Shown: positions 44,328 through 53,762 of the stretch, piece after piece
Numbering within the stretch: position 1 is the first letter of the stretch
Layout: each line of letters begins with the position of its first letter
NCBI RefSeq assembly: GCF_000006765.1
Contig: NC_002516.2
DNA: 64,000 nt
From: Pseudomonas aeruginosa PAO1
GTDB lineage: Bacteria > Pseudomonadota > Gammaproteobacteria > Pseudomonadales > Pseudomonadaceae
Reading direction: 5' to 3' (one strand)
The notes under the pieces: model-generated
What the model saw: only the letters and a program-made list of their open reading frames with translations
The model's database searches: none
What the model was told of the DNA's origin: nothing
Position numbers and translations under genes: made by a program

Positions 44328-45128
44328 TCAGGATTTCTCCTTCAGTGCCTCGCCCTGGGGAAATAGCGCGCGGCTCACGAAGCGCGCGGTATCCCGCAGG
44401 CTGGTGCCGATCCGTTCCAGGTCGTCGGGCTGGTGCTGGGCGCTGATGCCGATCGCGGAGATGGCGAAGCGCGGTTGTCCGTCGCGGTCGGTGATGGCGC
44501 TGGCGACCATGCTCACGCCGCGGTAGAGGTGTTCCTGGTCGATAGCCCAGCCGCGCTCGACGGCCTCGGTCGCTTCGGCCTGGTAGCGCTCGAAGCTCGG
44601 CGGATTTTCCCAGCGCACGCGGGTCAGTCGGCGGCGCAGTTCGTCCTCCGGCAGTTCGCGCAGGCCGGCAATGCAACGCCCGGCGGCGCCGACCAGTTCC
44701 GGCAGGCGCGTGCCGACGGCGACGTTGACGTGGGCGACGGGCGGTGCGGCAAGGGCGATGACGCGGATGTGCGCATCGTCGGTGACTTGCCACAGGGCGA
44801 TGAGGATGTGGTGGGCAAGGCTCAGTCGCTCCAGCTCTGGCTGGATCAGGTCGGCATAGCTGCGTCCGACGAATCCTACGGCCAGTTCCGACAGGCCAAG
44901 GCCCAGTTGGTAGGTCTTGCCCGCATCGTCGAAGGAGGTCAGCCGTTCGTTGCTCAGGGTGCGCAGGATATTGAAGGCGCTGCTCGGGCTGATGCCGGTG
45001 GCGCGAGCGATGGCGGCCACGCCTTGCGGTCCGTCGGCGTGGGCTAGGTGGCGAAGTATCTGAATGGCGTTCACTACCGCGCCGACATCTTTGCTGCTGG
45101 TGCCTTTGGTTGTGGCGTCCTTGGTCAT
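44328..45128 (-). CDS. IclR-family regulator (start 45128 or 45143)
   Basis: N-terminal HTH (GVAAIARATGISPSSAFNILRTL); C-terminal effector domain (RGWAID). Confidence 0.93.
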   Translation of the reverse strand: MTKDATTKGTSSKDVGAVVNAIQILRHLAHADGPQGVAAIARATGISPSSAFNILRTLSNERLTSFDDAGKTYQLGLGLSELAVGFVGRSYADLIQPELERLSLAHHILIALWQVTDDAHIRVIALAAPPVAHVNVAVGTRLPELVGAAGRCIAGLRELPEDELRRRLTRVRWENPPSFERYQAEATEAVERGWAIDQEHLYRGVSMVASAITDRDGQPRFAISAIGISAQHQPDDLERIGTSLRDTARFVSRALFPQGEALKEKS

Positions 45129-45155
45129 TTTTCCTCTTTTCATTCAGTATTGTGA

Positions 45156-45183
45156 TTGACATTCACGATAGTGAATATATTCT
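45156..45183 (+). promoter_or_regulatory. sigma70 promoter of the catabolic operon with an internal operator
   Basis: TTGACA-N16-TATTCT containing the palindrome ATTCAC-gata-GTGAAT. Confidence 0.7.
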
Positions 45184-45285
45184 GGCCTTCCGGAACGTAC
45201 AACCGGGGACGGAAGCAGTATCCGGTTCGGCGTCCAGCGCGATGCACTTTGCAGCAAAGGTCGACAAGAACAAAGGAGAAACCTC

Positions 45286-45672
45286 GTGGCAGATCTTCCC
45301 GATGGCAGTACTCCGGGACCTGAGGCGCAGTACCTTGCGTTTCTCGCCCAGGGCCGTTTCATGTTGCAGCGCAGCCGTTCCAGCGGTCGCCATGTGTTCT
45401 ACCCGCGCCAGTTGGTGCCGGGTAGCGGCGAGACTGATCTCGAGTGGGTTCCCGCCAGCGGCCTGGGTACGCTCTACGCGATCACTGTCAATCGCTCCCG
45501 CGGCGGCAATCACAATGTCGCGCTGGTCGACCTGGACGAGGGCGTGCGCATGATGTCGCGGATCGACGGGCACGAGAGCCTGCCGATCGGCACCCGTGTG
45601 CAGGCGCGCATCGTCGAGCAGGACGGTGCCAATGTCGTGGTGTTCGTTCCCCACCAGGAGGGACGACCATGA
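45286..45672 (+). CDS. DUF35/ChsH2-type OB-fold protein lacking zinc cysteines
   Basis: AAGGAG RBS plus GTG; EWVPASGLGTLYAITV and ALVDLDEGVRMMSRI motifs; ATGA overlap with the thiolase-like gene. Confidence 0.88.
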   Translation: MADLPDGSTPGPEAQYLAFLAQGRFMLQRSRSSGRHVFYPRQLVPGSGETDLEWVPASGLGTLYAITVNRSRGGNHNVALVDLDEGVRMMSRIDGHESLPIGTRVQARIVEQDGANVVVFVPHQEGRP

Positions 45673-46820
45673 GCGCGGCCATCCGTGGCAAGACCGCCAT
45701 CGTCGGCATCGGTAGCGCCGGCGTCGGCGAGGCGCCGGGCTACAGCGCCATCGAACTGCTCGGCCAGGCGTCGCTCAAGGCCATTGCCGATGCCGGCCTG
45801 AAGCTTTCCGACATCGACGCGATCTTCGCCGCCACCAGCTCCCATGCCTTTCCCACCTTGTCGGTCGCCGAATACCTCGGCATCCGCCCGAAATTCGTGG
45901 ATGGCACCAATATCGGCGGCTCCAGTTTCGAGCTGCACCTGCTGCAGGCCACTTTGGCACTGGAGGCCGGTCTCTGCGACGCTGCGCTGATCTGCTACGG
46001 CTCCAACCAGCGAACCGCCGGCGGCCGCCTGGTATCGATGAGCGAGCCACAATGGCACGAGACGCCCTACAAGCCGCGCCACCCGATCACCGCCTATGCC
46101 CTGGCGGCCAGCCGGCACATGCACCAGTACGGCACCACACGCGAGCAGCTCGCCGAGGTGGCGGTCTCTGCCCGGCAATGGGCCAACCTGAATCCCGAGG
46201 CGTTCGCCCGCGGGCCGTTGAGCGTCGATGACGTCCTTGCCGCGCGGATGGTCAGCGACCCGCTGAGTGCCGCCGACTGCTGCCTGGTCACCGACGGCGG
46301 TGGCGCCTGCGTGGTAGTGCGCGCCGAGCGCGCCCGCGACTTGCCCAATGCGCCGGTGTACTTCCTTGGCGCGGCCGGAGCGCAGTGGCATCGCTCGATC
46401 GTGTCGATGCCCGACCTCACCGTGACGGCGGCCTCGGAAAGCGCTCCGCGAGCCATGCAGATGGCCGGTGTGCGGCACGCCGACATCGACCTGGTGATGC
46501 TCTACGACGCCTTTACCATCAACACCCTGCTGTTCCTCGAGGACCTGGGTTTCTGCGCCAAGGGCGAGGGCGGCCCATTCGTCCAGGGCGGACGCATCGC
46601 GCCCGGCGGCGAGCTGGCGGTGAACACCAACGGTGGCGGGCTGTCCTGCGTGCATCCGGGGATGTACGGGATGTTCCTGATCATCGAGGCGGTGACCCAG
46701 CTCCGCCGCCAGGCCGGCGAGCGGCAGTTGGCCAAGGCCGACGTGGCGTTGCTGCACGGCAACGGCGGCACGCTGTCCAGCCAGGTAACCGCGTTGCTCG
46801 GCACCGGCGACACGCTCTAG
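45669..46820 (+). CDS. Thiolase-like protein (SCP-x/Ltp2 type) without catalytic Cys
   Basis: DCCLVTDGGGA, LYDAFT, NTNGGGLS, HGNGG. Confidence 0.88.
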   Translation: MSAAIRGKTAIVGIGSAGVGEAPGYSAIELLGQASLKAIADAGLKLSDIDAIFAATSSHAFPTLSVAEYLGIRPKFVDGTNIGGSSFELHLLQATLALEAGLCDAALICYGSNQRTAGGRLVSMSEPQWHETPYKPRHPITAYALAASRHMHQYGTTREQLAEVAVSARQWANLNPEAFARGPLSVDDVLAARMVSDPLSAADCCLVTDGGGACVVVRAERARDLPNAPVYFLGAAGAQWHRSIVSMPDLTVTAASESAPRAMQMAGVRHADIDLVMLYDAFTINTLLFLEDLGFCAKGEGGPFVQGGRIAPGGELAVNTNGGGLSCVHPGMYGMFLIIEAVTQLRRQAGERQLAKADVALLHGNGGTLSSQVTALLGTGDTL

Positions 46821-46929
46821 ACCCCTGGCCGACAGGCCTTCCGGGCGCTGCCGTGGCGGCGTCCCGCGGGCGCGCTCGCCCGCGAGAAGGTTGTCGTGCC
46901 GGCCACAGACAAACGGATCAGGTGAACCC

Positions 46930-49077
46930 ATGTCAGCGAACCACTCGCAACAGCTCATCGACGCTCCCCGTTTCGCCAGTCTTACTCCATTGATCGAACC
47001 ACGCTCGGTCGCGGTGATCGGCGCTTCCAGCGACCCGACCCGCATCGGTGGCCGTCCCATCGCCTACATGCTGCGCCATGGCTATGCCGGGCAAATCCTC
47101 CCGGTCAATCCGAATCGTGCTGAAATCCAGGGGCTGCCGGCCTTCGCCAGCGTTGCGGAGCTGCCGCAGGCACCGGACGTGGCCATTGTCGCGGTGCCTG
47201 CGCCTCAGGTGCTGGAGACCGTCCGGGCGCTGGGCCGCCAGGGGGCGCGCAGTGCCATCGTGTTCTCTTCCGGATTCAGCGAGGTCGGCGAGGCCGGCGC
47301 GGCGATGCAGGATGCGGTGGTAGCCGCTGCCCGCGAGCACGGTATGCGCCTGCTCGGTCCGAATGCGCTCGGCGCGTTCAACAGTAACCTGGGTTATTAC
47401 GCGTTCTTCTCCACCAGCCTGGAACGTGGCGTACCGCTGCCCGGCCGGGTAGGCATCGCCACCCAGTCCGGCGCATACGGCGCGCACCTGCTCGGCATGG
47501 CGCGCCAGCGCCGCCTGGGAACCCCTATCTGCGTGGCCACCGGTAACGAGGCCGACGTCACCCTGGGCGACAGCATCGGCTGGCTGGTGGAGTCGCCGGA
47601 GATCGACGTGGTGATGGCCTACGCCGAATCCATCCGCAACGTCGACAGCTTCCTCGCCGCCCTGGAGGCCGCGCATCGCGCCGGCAAGCCGGTGATCCTG
47701 CACAAGGTCGGGCGCAGCGCCCTGGGTAGCCGCGCGGCGCTGTCCCACACCGCTTCGCTGGCCGGCGACGACAAGGTGCTGGACGCCGTGCTGGGCGACT
47801 ATGCGGTGATCCGCGCCAGGACCACCGAGGAACTGATGGACATCGCCTACCTCGCCACCCGGCGTATCTATCCGGTGGGCAACAGCCTCGGCATGATCAC
47901 CGTCAGCGGCGGCGCCGGGATCATCGTCAGCGATGTCGCCGAGGAAGTCGGCCTGCCGATGCCGCCGATGCCGGACATGGCCCAGGAGCGGCTGAAGGCA
48001 CGGCTGTCCTTCGCTTCGCCGATCAACCCGGTGGACTGCACCGCGCAGGCCCTGAACGACCTGACGCTGGTGCGCGACTTTACCGAGTCGATGGTGGTCG
48101 ACGGTGGCTACCGTTCGCTGCTCGCCTTCTTCACCCAGGCCGGCACCGCCGCCTCCATCGGCGCGCGTCTGGCCGAGCAGTTCCGGCGGATCAAGGAGGC
48201 TCATCCCGAGCGTCTGTTCGTGGTCTCGGTGATGGGCGAGGGGGAGGAGCTGGCACCCTACGAGGAGGCCGGCTTCGCACTGTTCGAAGACCCCACCCGG
48301 GCGGTAGTGGCGATCCAGGCCATGGGGCGGCTCGGCGAAGCCTTCGCCCGGCCGTTGCGCCTGCGCCGGCCTGCCGGCGGGCTACAGTTGCCCGCCTCCA
48401 CGCCCGGCGAAGCCGAGGCCAAGCGCCTGCTGGCGCGCGCCGGTATCGAGTCCGCCGCCGAGGCGGTGCTGGGCAGTGCCGAAGAGGCGGTTGCCTTCGC
48501 CGAGGGCATCGGATACCCGGTGGTGCTGAAGCTCGCCTCGGCGGACATCCAGCACAAGTCGGAAATCGGCGGCGTGCTGCTTGGCGTAAGCGATGCGGAC
48601 GCGGTACGCGCCGGTTTCCAACTGCTCCTGCGCCGGGCCGCCGAGAAGGCGCCGCAGGCGCGTCTCGATGGCGTCCTGGTGGCGCGCCAACTGCAGGGCG
48701 GGGTGGAGTGCTTCATGGGGATCCAGCGCGATCCGCTGTTCGGCCCGGTGGCGTTGTTCGGCCTGGGCGGGATCTTCGTCGAAGTGCTGCAGGACGTGGT
48801 GTTCCGCCGCTGCCCGTTCGAGGTCGACGAAGCCGAGGCGATGATCCGTAGCATCAGAGGCGCGCCGCTCCTGTTCGGCGCGCGTGGCCGGCCGCGGGCC
48901 GATGTCGCGGCGCTGGCACGGCTGCTGTCGAATCTCTCGCGGTTCGCCTGGGAGGCGGGAGAGCGCTTGCGCTCGGTGGACCTCAACCCGGTCATCGCCT
49001 TGCCGGAGGGCCAGGGCGCCTGGGCGGTGGATGCGGTGTTGGAAGTCGAGGAGGTGGCCGATGGCGCTCGATCCTGA
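46930..49077 (+). CDS. pauA: Acyl-CoA synthetase, NDP-forming type (PauA-like)
   Basis: CoA-binding PRSVAVIGAS, GPNALG, ATGNEAD; ATP-grasp YPVVLK..HKSEIGGV. Confidence 0.8.
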   Translation: MSANHSQQLIDAPRFASLTPLIEPRSVAVIGASSDPTRIGGRPIAYMLRHGYAGQILPVNPNRAEIQGLPAFASVAELPQAPDVAIVAVPAPQVLETVRALGRQGARSAIVFSSGFSEVGEAGAAMQDAVVAAAREHGMRLLGPNALGAFNSNLGYYAFFSTSLERGVPLPGRVGIATQSGAYGAHLLGMARQRRLGTPICVATGNEADVTLGDSIGWLVESPEIDVVMAYAESIRNVDSFLAALEAAHRAGKPVILHKVGRSALGSRAALSHTASLAGDDKVLDAVLGDYAVIRARTTEELMDIAYLATRRIYPVGNSLGMITVSGGAGIIVSDVAEEVGLPMPPMPDMAQERLKARLSFASPINPVDCTAQALNDLTLVRDFTESMVVDGGYRSLLAFFTQAGTAASIGARLAEQFRRIKEAHPERLFVVSVMGEGEELAPYEEAGFALFEDPTRAVVAIQAMGRLGEAFARPLRLRRPAGGLQLPASTPGEAEAKRLLARAGIESAAEAVLGSAEEAVAFAEGIGYPVVLKLASADIQHKSEIGGVLLGVSDADAVRAGFQLLLRRAAEKAPQARLDGVLVARQLQGGVECFMGIQRDPLFGPVALFGLGGIFVEVLQDVVFRRCPFEVDEAEAMIRSIRGAPLLFGARGRPRADVAALARLLSNLSRFAWEAGERLRSVDLNPVIALPEGQGAWAVDAVLEVEEVADGARS

Positions 49078-49927
49078 GGTGCTCCTGAACTACCCGATCC
49101 CCGAAGTACGCCAGCGCTACAGCCGGCGCGACAGCGCCTTCTACGCATTGAGCCTCGGTCTGGGCGGCGACCCGCTGGACGAGCGCCAACTGGCCTACGT
49201 CGATCCGTGCCGCGATCTCCAGGCATTGCCGTGCATGGCCCTGGTGCTCGGTCATCCGGGCTTCTGGCTGGGCAATCCGGCGACTGGCGTGGACGCGCTG
49301 CGCCTGGTTCACGGCGAGCAGCGCCTGGAGTGGCGGCGGCCGTTGCCGGCGGAAGGCGAGGTGATCGGCCGGACCCGGGTCACCGGTCTGGTAGACAAGG
49401 GCGCCGACAAGGGCGCGCTGCTCTACAGCGAGAAGGTGCTCAGCGACGCGCTCAGCGGCGAGGTGCTGGCTGTCGCCCGCAGCACCACCTTCCTTCGCGG
49501 CGACGGCGGCTTCGGTGGTTCCCGGCAGGTGCCGGAAACGCCGCATCGCTTGCCTGAACGGACACCCGACCTGCGACTCGACCTGCCGACCCGTCCGGAG
49601 CAGGCCCTGTACTACCGCCTCAACGGCGACGACAACCCGCTCCACGCGGAGCCCGCGGCAGCGCTGCGGGCCGGCTTCCCGCGGCCGATCCTGCATGGCC
49701 TGTGCACCCTCGGCGTGGCATTCCACGCGGTGTTGCGCGGGCTCGCCGACTACCGCGCGGGGCAACTGGGACATCTGCAGGTGCGTTTCTCGGCTCCGGT
49801 GTTTCCCGGCGAGACCTTGCGTACCGAGATGTGGAGCGACGGCTCGTTCCGCACTCGCGTCGTCGAGCGCGATGTGGTGGTGCTGGACAACGGCCGGGTA
49901 GGTCCGCCGCCAGAGCGGCCGGACTGA
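49061..49927 (+). CDS. Double-hotdog MaoC, (R)-specific enoyl-CoA hydratase type
   Basis: LVHGEQ, YRLNGDDNPLH, ILHGLCTLG; GAGGAGG RBS. Confidence 0.9.
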   Translation: MALDPEVLLNYPIPEVRQRYSRRDSAFYALSLGLGGDPLDERQLAYVDPCRDLQALPCMALVLGHPGFWLGNPATGVDALRLVHGEQRLEWRRPLPAEGEVIGRTRVTGLVDKGADKGALLYSEKVLSDALSGEVLAVARSTTFLRGDGGFGGSRQVPETPHRLPERTPDLRLDLPTRPEQALYYRLNGDDNPLHAEPAAALRAGFPRPILHGLCTLGVAFHAVLRGLADYRAGQLGHLQVRFSAPVFPGETLRTEMWSDGSFRTRVVERDVVVLDNGRVGPPPERPD

Positions 49928-50008
49928 AGCGAAGGGCGGCGGCGCGAGGGAACGACCGTCGGGCTGCCGTGAAGATCAACCGAAATCCTGCTTGCGAGAA
50001 CAAGAATA

Positions 50009-51364
50009 ATGAATGCAACCGCGCTTTCCCCGAACCCGGCGCCGGCCATTTCCCGGCGCACCATGCTGATCGCCTTCGTCTTCTGCTTCCTCGGCCTGCT
50101 CGCCGACGGCGTCGACCTGATGTTCCTGGCCTACAGCCTCAACAGCCTGAAGGCCGAATTCGGCCTGAGCAACTTCGAAGCCGGCTCCCTCGGCAGCCTG
50201 ACTCTCGCCGGCATGGCCGTCGGCGGCATCTATGGCGGCTGGTGCTGCGACCGCTTCGGCCGGGTGCGGGTGGTGACCTGGACCATCGTGCTGTTCTCCA
50301 TCGGTACCGCGTTGCTGGGGCTGACCCAGAACTACTGGCAGTTCGCGCTGATCCGCTTCGTCGCCTCGCTCGGCCTCGGCTCGCTGTTCGTCGCCTGCAA
50401 CATCCTGATGTCCGAGTGCGTCGGAACCAGGTACCGCACCACCATCCTCGCCGCCATGCAGGCCGGCTGGACCGTGGGCTACCTGGTGGCGACCCTGCTG
50501 GCGGGGCAGATCATCCCCGAGTTCGGCTGGCGCACCTTGTTCTTCACCGCCGTGGCGCCGGCGCTGGTCTGCCTGGCCCTGCGGCCCTGGGTGCCGGAGT
50601 CGCCGTCCTGGCTCGCGGCCCAGGCCGGGCGCCAGCGTCCCGGCGCGGCTCCGCAGAGCCACGCCGAGGCTGGCGGTGCCGGCCCGCTGGGACGGATGTT
50701 GGGCGATCCGGAAACGCGCGGCATGTTCCTGCTCTGGAGCCTCACCTCCTGCTTCCTGCTGTTCGGCTACTACGGCACCAACAACTGGATGCCGTCCTAC
50801 CTGGAGAGCGAGTTGGGGATGAACTTCAAGTCGATGACCGGCTACATGGTCGGCACCTACAGTGCGATGATCCTCGGCAAGGTCGCCGCCGGTGTCTGCG
50901 CCGATCTCTTCGGTCGGCGCCTGACCTTCGCCGCCGGGGCCATCGGCAGCGCCGCCTTCATGCCGTTGATCGTGTTCTACCACTCGCCCTCCAACATCCT
51001 CTGGATCCTCATCACCTTCGGCTTCATCTACGGCGTTCCGGTCGGGGTGCTGGCCACCTACATGACCGAGAGCTTCTCCACCCGCGTCCGCGGCTCGGCG
51101 GTGGGCACCGCCTACAACCTGGGGCGTATCGGCGCGGCGGTGGCGCCCGCCGGCATCGGCCTGCTGGCCACCCACGTGTCGATCGGCGCGGGTTTCCTGG
51201 TGATGGGCATCACCTACGTGCTCACCGGGCTGATCCCGGCGCTGTTCATTGCGGACCGGCTCTACGACCCGAACCGCGAGTCCCGCGATGCCGAGAGCGC
51301 TTCCCGACGGCAAGCGCCGGGCAGTGCCGTGGATACCGCCGAGCGGCGCGCGGCCAAGGCCTGA
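50009..51364 (+). CDS. mucK: MFS acid transporter, MucK/AAHS family
   Basis: 12-TM MFS pattern; DRFGRVR and DLFGRR motif A; TESFSTRVRG. Confidence 0.8.
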   Translation: MNATALSPNPAPAISRRTMLIAFVFCFLGLLADGVDLMFLAYSLNSLKAEFGLSNFEAGSLGSLTLAGMAVGGIYGGWCCDRFGRVRVVTWTIVLFSIGTALLGLTQNYWQFALIRFVASLGLGSLFVACNILMSECVGTRYRTTILAAMQAGWTVGYLVATLLAGQIIPEFGWRTLFFTAVAPALVCLALRPWVPESPSWLAAQAGRQRPGAAPQSHAEAGGAGPLGRMLGDPETRGMFLLWSLTSCFLLFGYYGTNNWMPSYLESELGMNFKSMTGYMVGTYSAMILGKVAAGVCADLFGRRLTFAAGAIGSAAFMPLIVFYHSPSNILWILITFGFIYGVPVGVLATYMTESFSTRVRGSAVGTAYNLGRIGAAVAPAGIGLLATHVSIGAGFLVMGITYVLTGLIPALFIADRLYDPNRESRDAESASRRQAPGSAVDTAERRAAKA

Positions 51365-51387
51365 TCCTGCGGAAGGAGTGCACATCC

Positions 51388-51795
51388 ATGAGTTCTTTTC
51401 CACGACAGCCAGCGGCGGAGCAGCGGCCCGCCAGCTTCCAGGAGTTCATCGGCCTCGAGCGCTGGACCGATGCCGACGGGGTGGCGCGGGTGCGCCTGGG
51501 GCATCGCCCGGAACTGATGAACTACCTGCAACAGTTCCACGGCGGGGTGTTGATGTCGGTACTGGACGCCGCCATGGCCCAGGCGATCCGTGCCTGCCTG
51601 CCGGACTGCTCGATGGTGACCATCGACATGGCTACCCACTTCATGGGGAGCGCCCGCGGCGAGCTTCGTGCGGTTGACAGGGTGGTGCGGCGGACCCGCA
51701 CGATCTGCTTCTGCACGGCGGAAATCTGCAACGAGAACGGCGAGGTCATCGCCATGGCCTCGGGCAGCTTCAGGTACCGCGCGGCTAAGCCGTAG
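51388..51795 (+). CDS. PaaI-family thioesterase
   Basis: GAAGGAG RBS; QFHGGVLMSVLD. Confidence 0.85.
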   Translation: MSSFPRQPAAEQRPASFQEFIGLERWTDADGVARVRLGHRPELMNYLQQFHGGVLMSVLDAAMAQAIRACLPDCSMVTIDMATHFMGSARGELRAVDRVVRRTRTICFCTAEICNENGEVIAMASGSFRYRAAKP

Positions 51796-51935
51796 CGGAG
51801 TTCCGGCGGCGCGGCAGCGGAGCCATCCGTCGCGCGTCCGGACCACGGCCTGCGCGGTCGCTCCGCGCGGACAAGCCGGCGCCGCCCGTGCAGATGACGG
51901 ACGGGCGGTCGGCGTATCGACAGGAGGGCGAACAG

Positions 51936-53000
51936 ATGAGTGAGCAAGACGAGTGGGCCGGCGAGCGCGAGCAGCGTCTGCGGATGATCCGCGACAGCGC
52001 GGCTTCGCTGGTGCCGCGCGACGGCGACCTGAGCCGCGTGCGCCGCGGTCGTTTCACCGGTAGCGGAGTGGACCGCCAGGCCTGGCGCGAGGTCTGCGCC
52101 ATGGGCTGGCCGGCGCTGCGCCTGGATGAAGCGTTGGGCGGCAGCGGCCTGGGCATGAGCGAATACGCGGCGTTGCTGGAGGCGCTGGGGCGCGGCCTGC
52201 TGCCCGAGCCGCTGATCGAGGCCGGGCTGGTGGCGCCGCTGCTGCCGGAAGACGAGCGCGTTGCGTTGCTGGCCGCCGAGCGGCTGGTCCTGCCGGTGGG
52301 CATCGCCTACCGCGATGGGCGGCGACGCCCTCGTATGCAGGAAGGGCGGTTGCACGGCGAAGTCGCTCACGTACATCTGGCTGGTGCCGCCGATGCCTGG
52401 CTGGTGGCCTGCGAGCAGGGCCTGGCGCTGGTCGAGCGCGATGCCGATGGCGTGGAACTGCTCTGCGAGGCGACCCAGGATGGCGCTCACCTGGCGCGCC
52501 TGCTTTTCCGCGATGCGCCGGCACGGTGGTTGTCCGGCGAGGTAACGGAACAGGTTCTGGACGAGGCAGGGCTGGCCTGCGCGGCCTATCTGGTCGGACT
52601 GATGGATGGCGCCTTCGAGCGAACCCTGGAGTACCTCAAGGTACGTCGCCAGTTCGGCCGCGAGATCGGCAGTTTCCAGGCGCTGCAGCACCGCATGGTC
52701 GACCTGAGGATCCAGATCGAACTGTCGCGCGCCATGGTCGAGCAGGCCGCCGCCGCGATCGATGCCGGGGCGTCGGAAAGCGAGCGCCAGCGGCAGGTCT
52801 CCAGCGCACGGGTACGGGCCTCGGAAGCGGCTCTGCTGGTGACCCGTCAGGCCATCCAGTTGCACGGCGGCATCGGCTACACCGACGAGGCGGACATCGG
52901 CCTGTTCCTGCGCCGCGCCATGGTACTGCTCAATGCCCACGGCTCGCTGGCGTTCCACAAGGCGCGCTACGCCGCGCTGCTACAGCGGGAGGTGGCCTGA
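51936..53000 (+). CDS. Acyl-CoA dehydrogenase, probable non-catalytic subunit
   Basis: MGWPAL...LGGSGLG, RRQFGREIGSFQALQH, IQLHGGIGYT; CAGGAGG RBS before ATG 51936. Confidence 0.88.
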   Translation: MSEQDEWAGEREQRLRMIRDSAASLVPRDGDLSRVRRGRFTGSGVDRQAWREVCAMGWPALRLDEALGGSGLGMSEYAALLEALGRGLLPEPLIEAGLVAPLLPEDERVALLAAERLVLPVGIAYRDGRRRPRMQEGRLHGEVAHVHLAGAADAWLVACEQGLALVERDADGVELLCEATQDGAHLARLLFRDAPARWLSGEVTEQVLDEAGLACAAYLVGLMDGAFERTLEYLKVRRQFGREIGSFQALQHRMVDLRIQIELSRAMVEQAAAAIDAGASESERQRQVSSARVRASEAALLVTRQAIQLHGGIGYTDEADIGLFLRRAMVLLNAHGSLAFHKARYAALLQREVA

Positions 53001-53761
53001 TGAGCGGTTTGTTGCAGGAAACGCGCGGCACGGTGCGCCTGCTGCGCTTCGACAACCCGGCCCGGCGCAACGCACTGTCGCCGGCGCTGCGCATGGAATT
53101 GCTGCGGGCCCTGGAGGCGGCCGAATGCGACCCATCGATTCGCAGCGTGCTGCTGACCGGTGGCGAAGAGGTGTTCTGCGCCGGCGGCGACCTGGGCGAC
53201 ATGCGGGTGACCGAGTTGGCCGCCGGCAGGGCGCGAATGCAGGACAACGCGCGGCTGGTGCGGCAGATGGTGCGCATGGGCAAGCCGCTGATCGCCGCGG
53301 TCGAGGGCTGGGCGGTGGGGGCCGGGCTGTCCGTGGCGCTGGCCTGCGACAGCATCGTTTGCGGCGCCGGCGCCCGCTTCGCCGCCGGCTTCGGCAAGGT
53401 CGGGCTGCTCGCCGACCTTGGCCAGTTGCATACCTTGCCGGCGCGCATCGGTTGGGGGCGGGCACGGCAGATCCTGATGTTCGGCCAGGTGGTAGAGGCC
53501 GAGGAGGCACTGCGCATCGGCCTGGCCGACCGCCTCTGCGCCGCTGGCGGCGCCTTGGCGATGGCGCTGGAACTGGCCGGGCGGGTGGAGCAGCAGGCGC
53601 CGTTGCCCCTGGCGATGACCAAGGCGTTGCTCGCCGAGGGCCTTGACCTATTGCTGGAGCGGGAGGGCGAGTTGCAGAGCCAGTTGTTTCTCAGCGCCGA
53701 CCACGCCGAGGGCAAGGCGGCCTTTCTCGCCAAGCGTCCCCCCGTATTCAGAGGAAACTGA
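53000..53761 (+). CDS. Enoyl-CoA hydratase/isomerase (crotonase fold)
   Basis: FCAGGDL, KPLIAAVEGWAVGAG; TGATG coupling. Confidence 0.9.
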   Translation: MSGLLQETRGTVRLLRFDNPARRNALSPALRMELLRALEAAECDPSIRSVLLTGGEEVFCAGGDLGDMRVTELAAGRARMQDNARLVRQMVRMGKPLIAAVEGWAVGAGLSVALACDSIVCGAGARFAAGFGKVGLLADLGQLHTLPARIGWGRARQILMFGQVVEAEEALRIGLADRLCAAGGALAMALELAGRVEQQAPLPLAMTKALLAEGLDLLLEREGELQSQLFLSADHAEGKAAFLAKRPPVFRGN

Positions 53762-53762
53762 G

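Noticed and set aside
45151-45167. Possible Vfr/CRP or Anr box (TGTGA…TCAC; TTGAC…)
   Set aside because: Half-site spacing is N7 rather than N6, and the second Anr half-site is absent.
49702-51387. 697-aa ORF apparently fusing a long N-terminus to the PaaI thioesterase
   Set aside because: An off-frame read of the MFS gene; the thioesterase has its own RBS and ATG at 51388.
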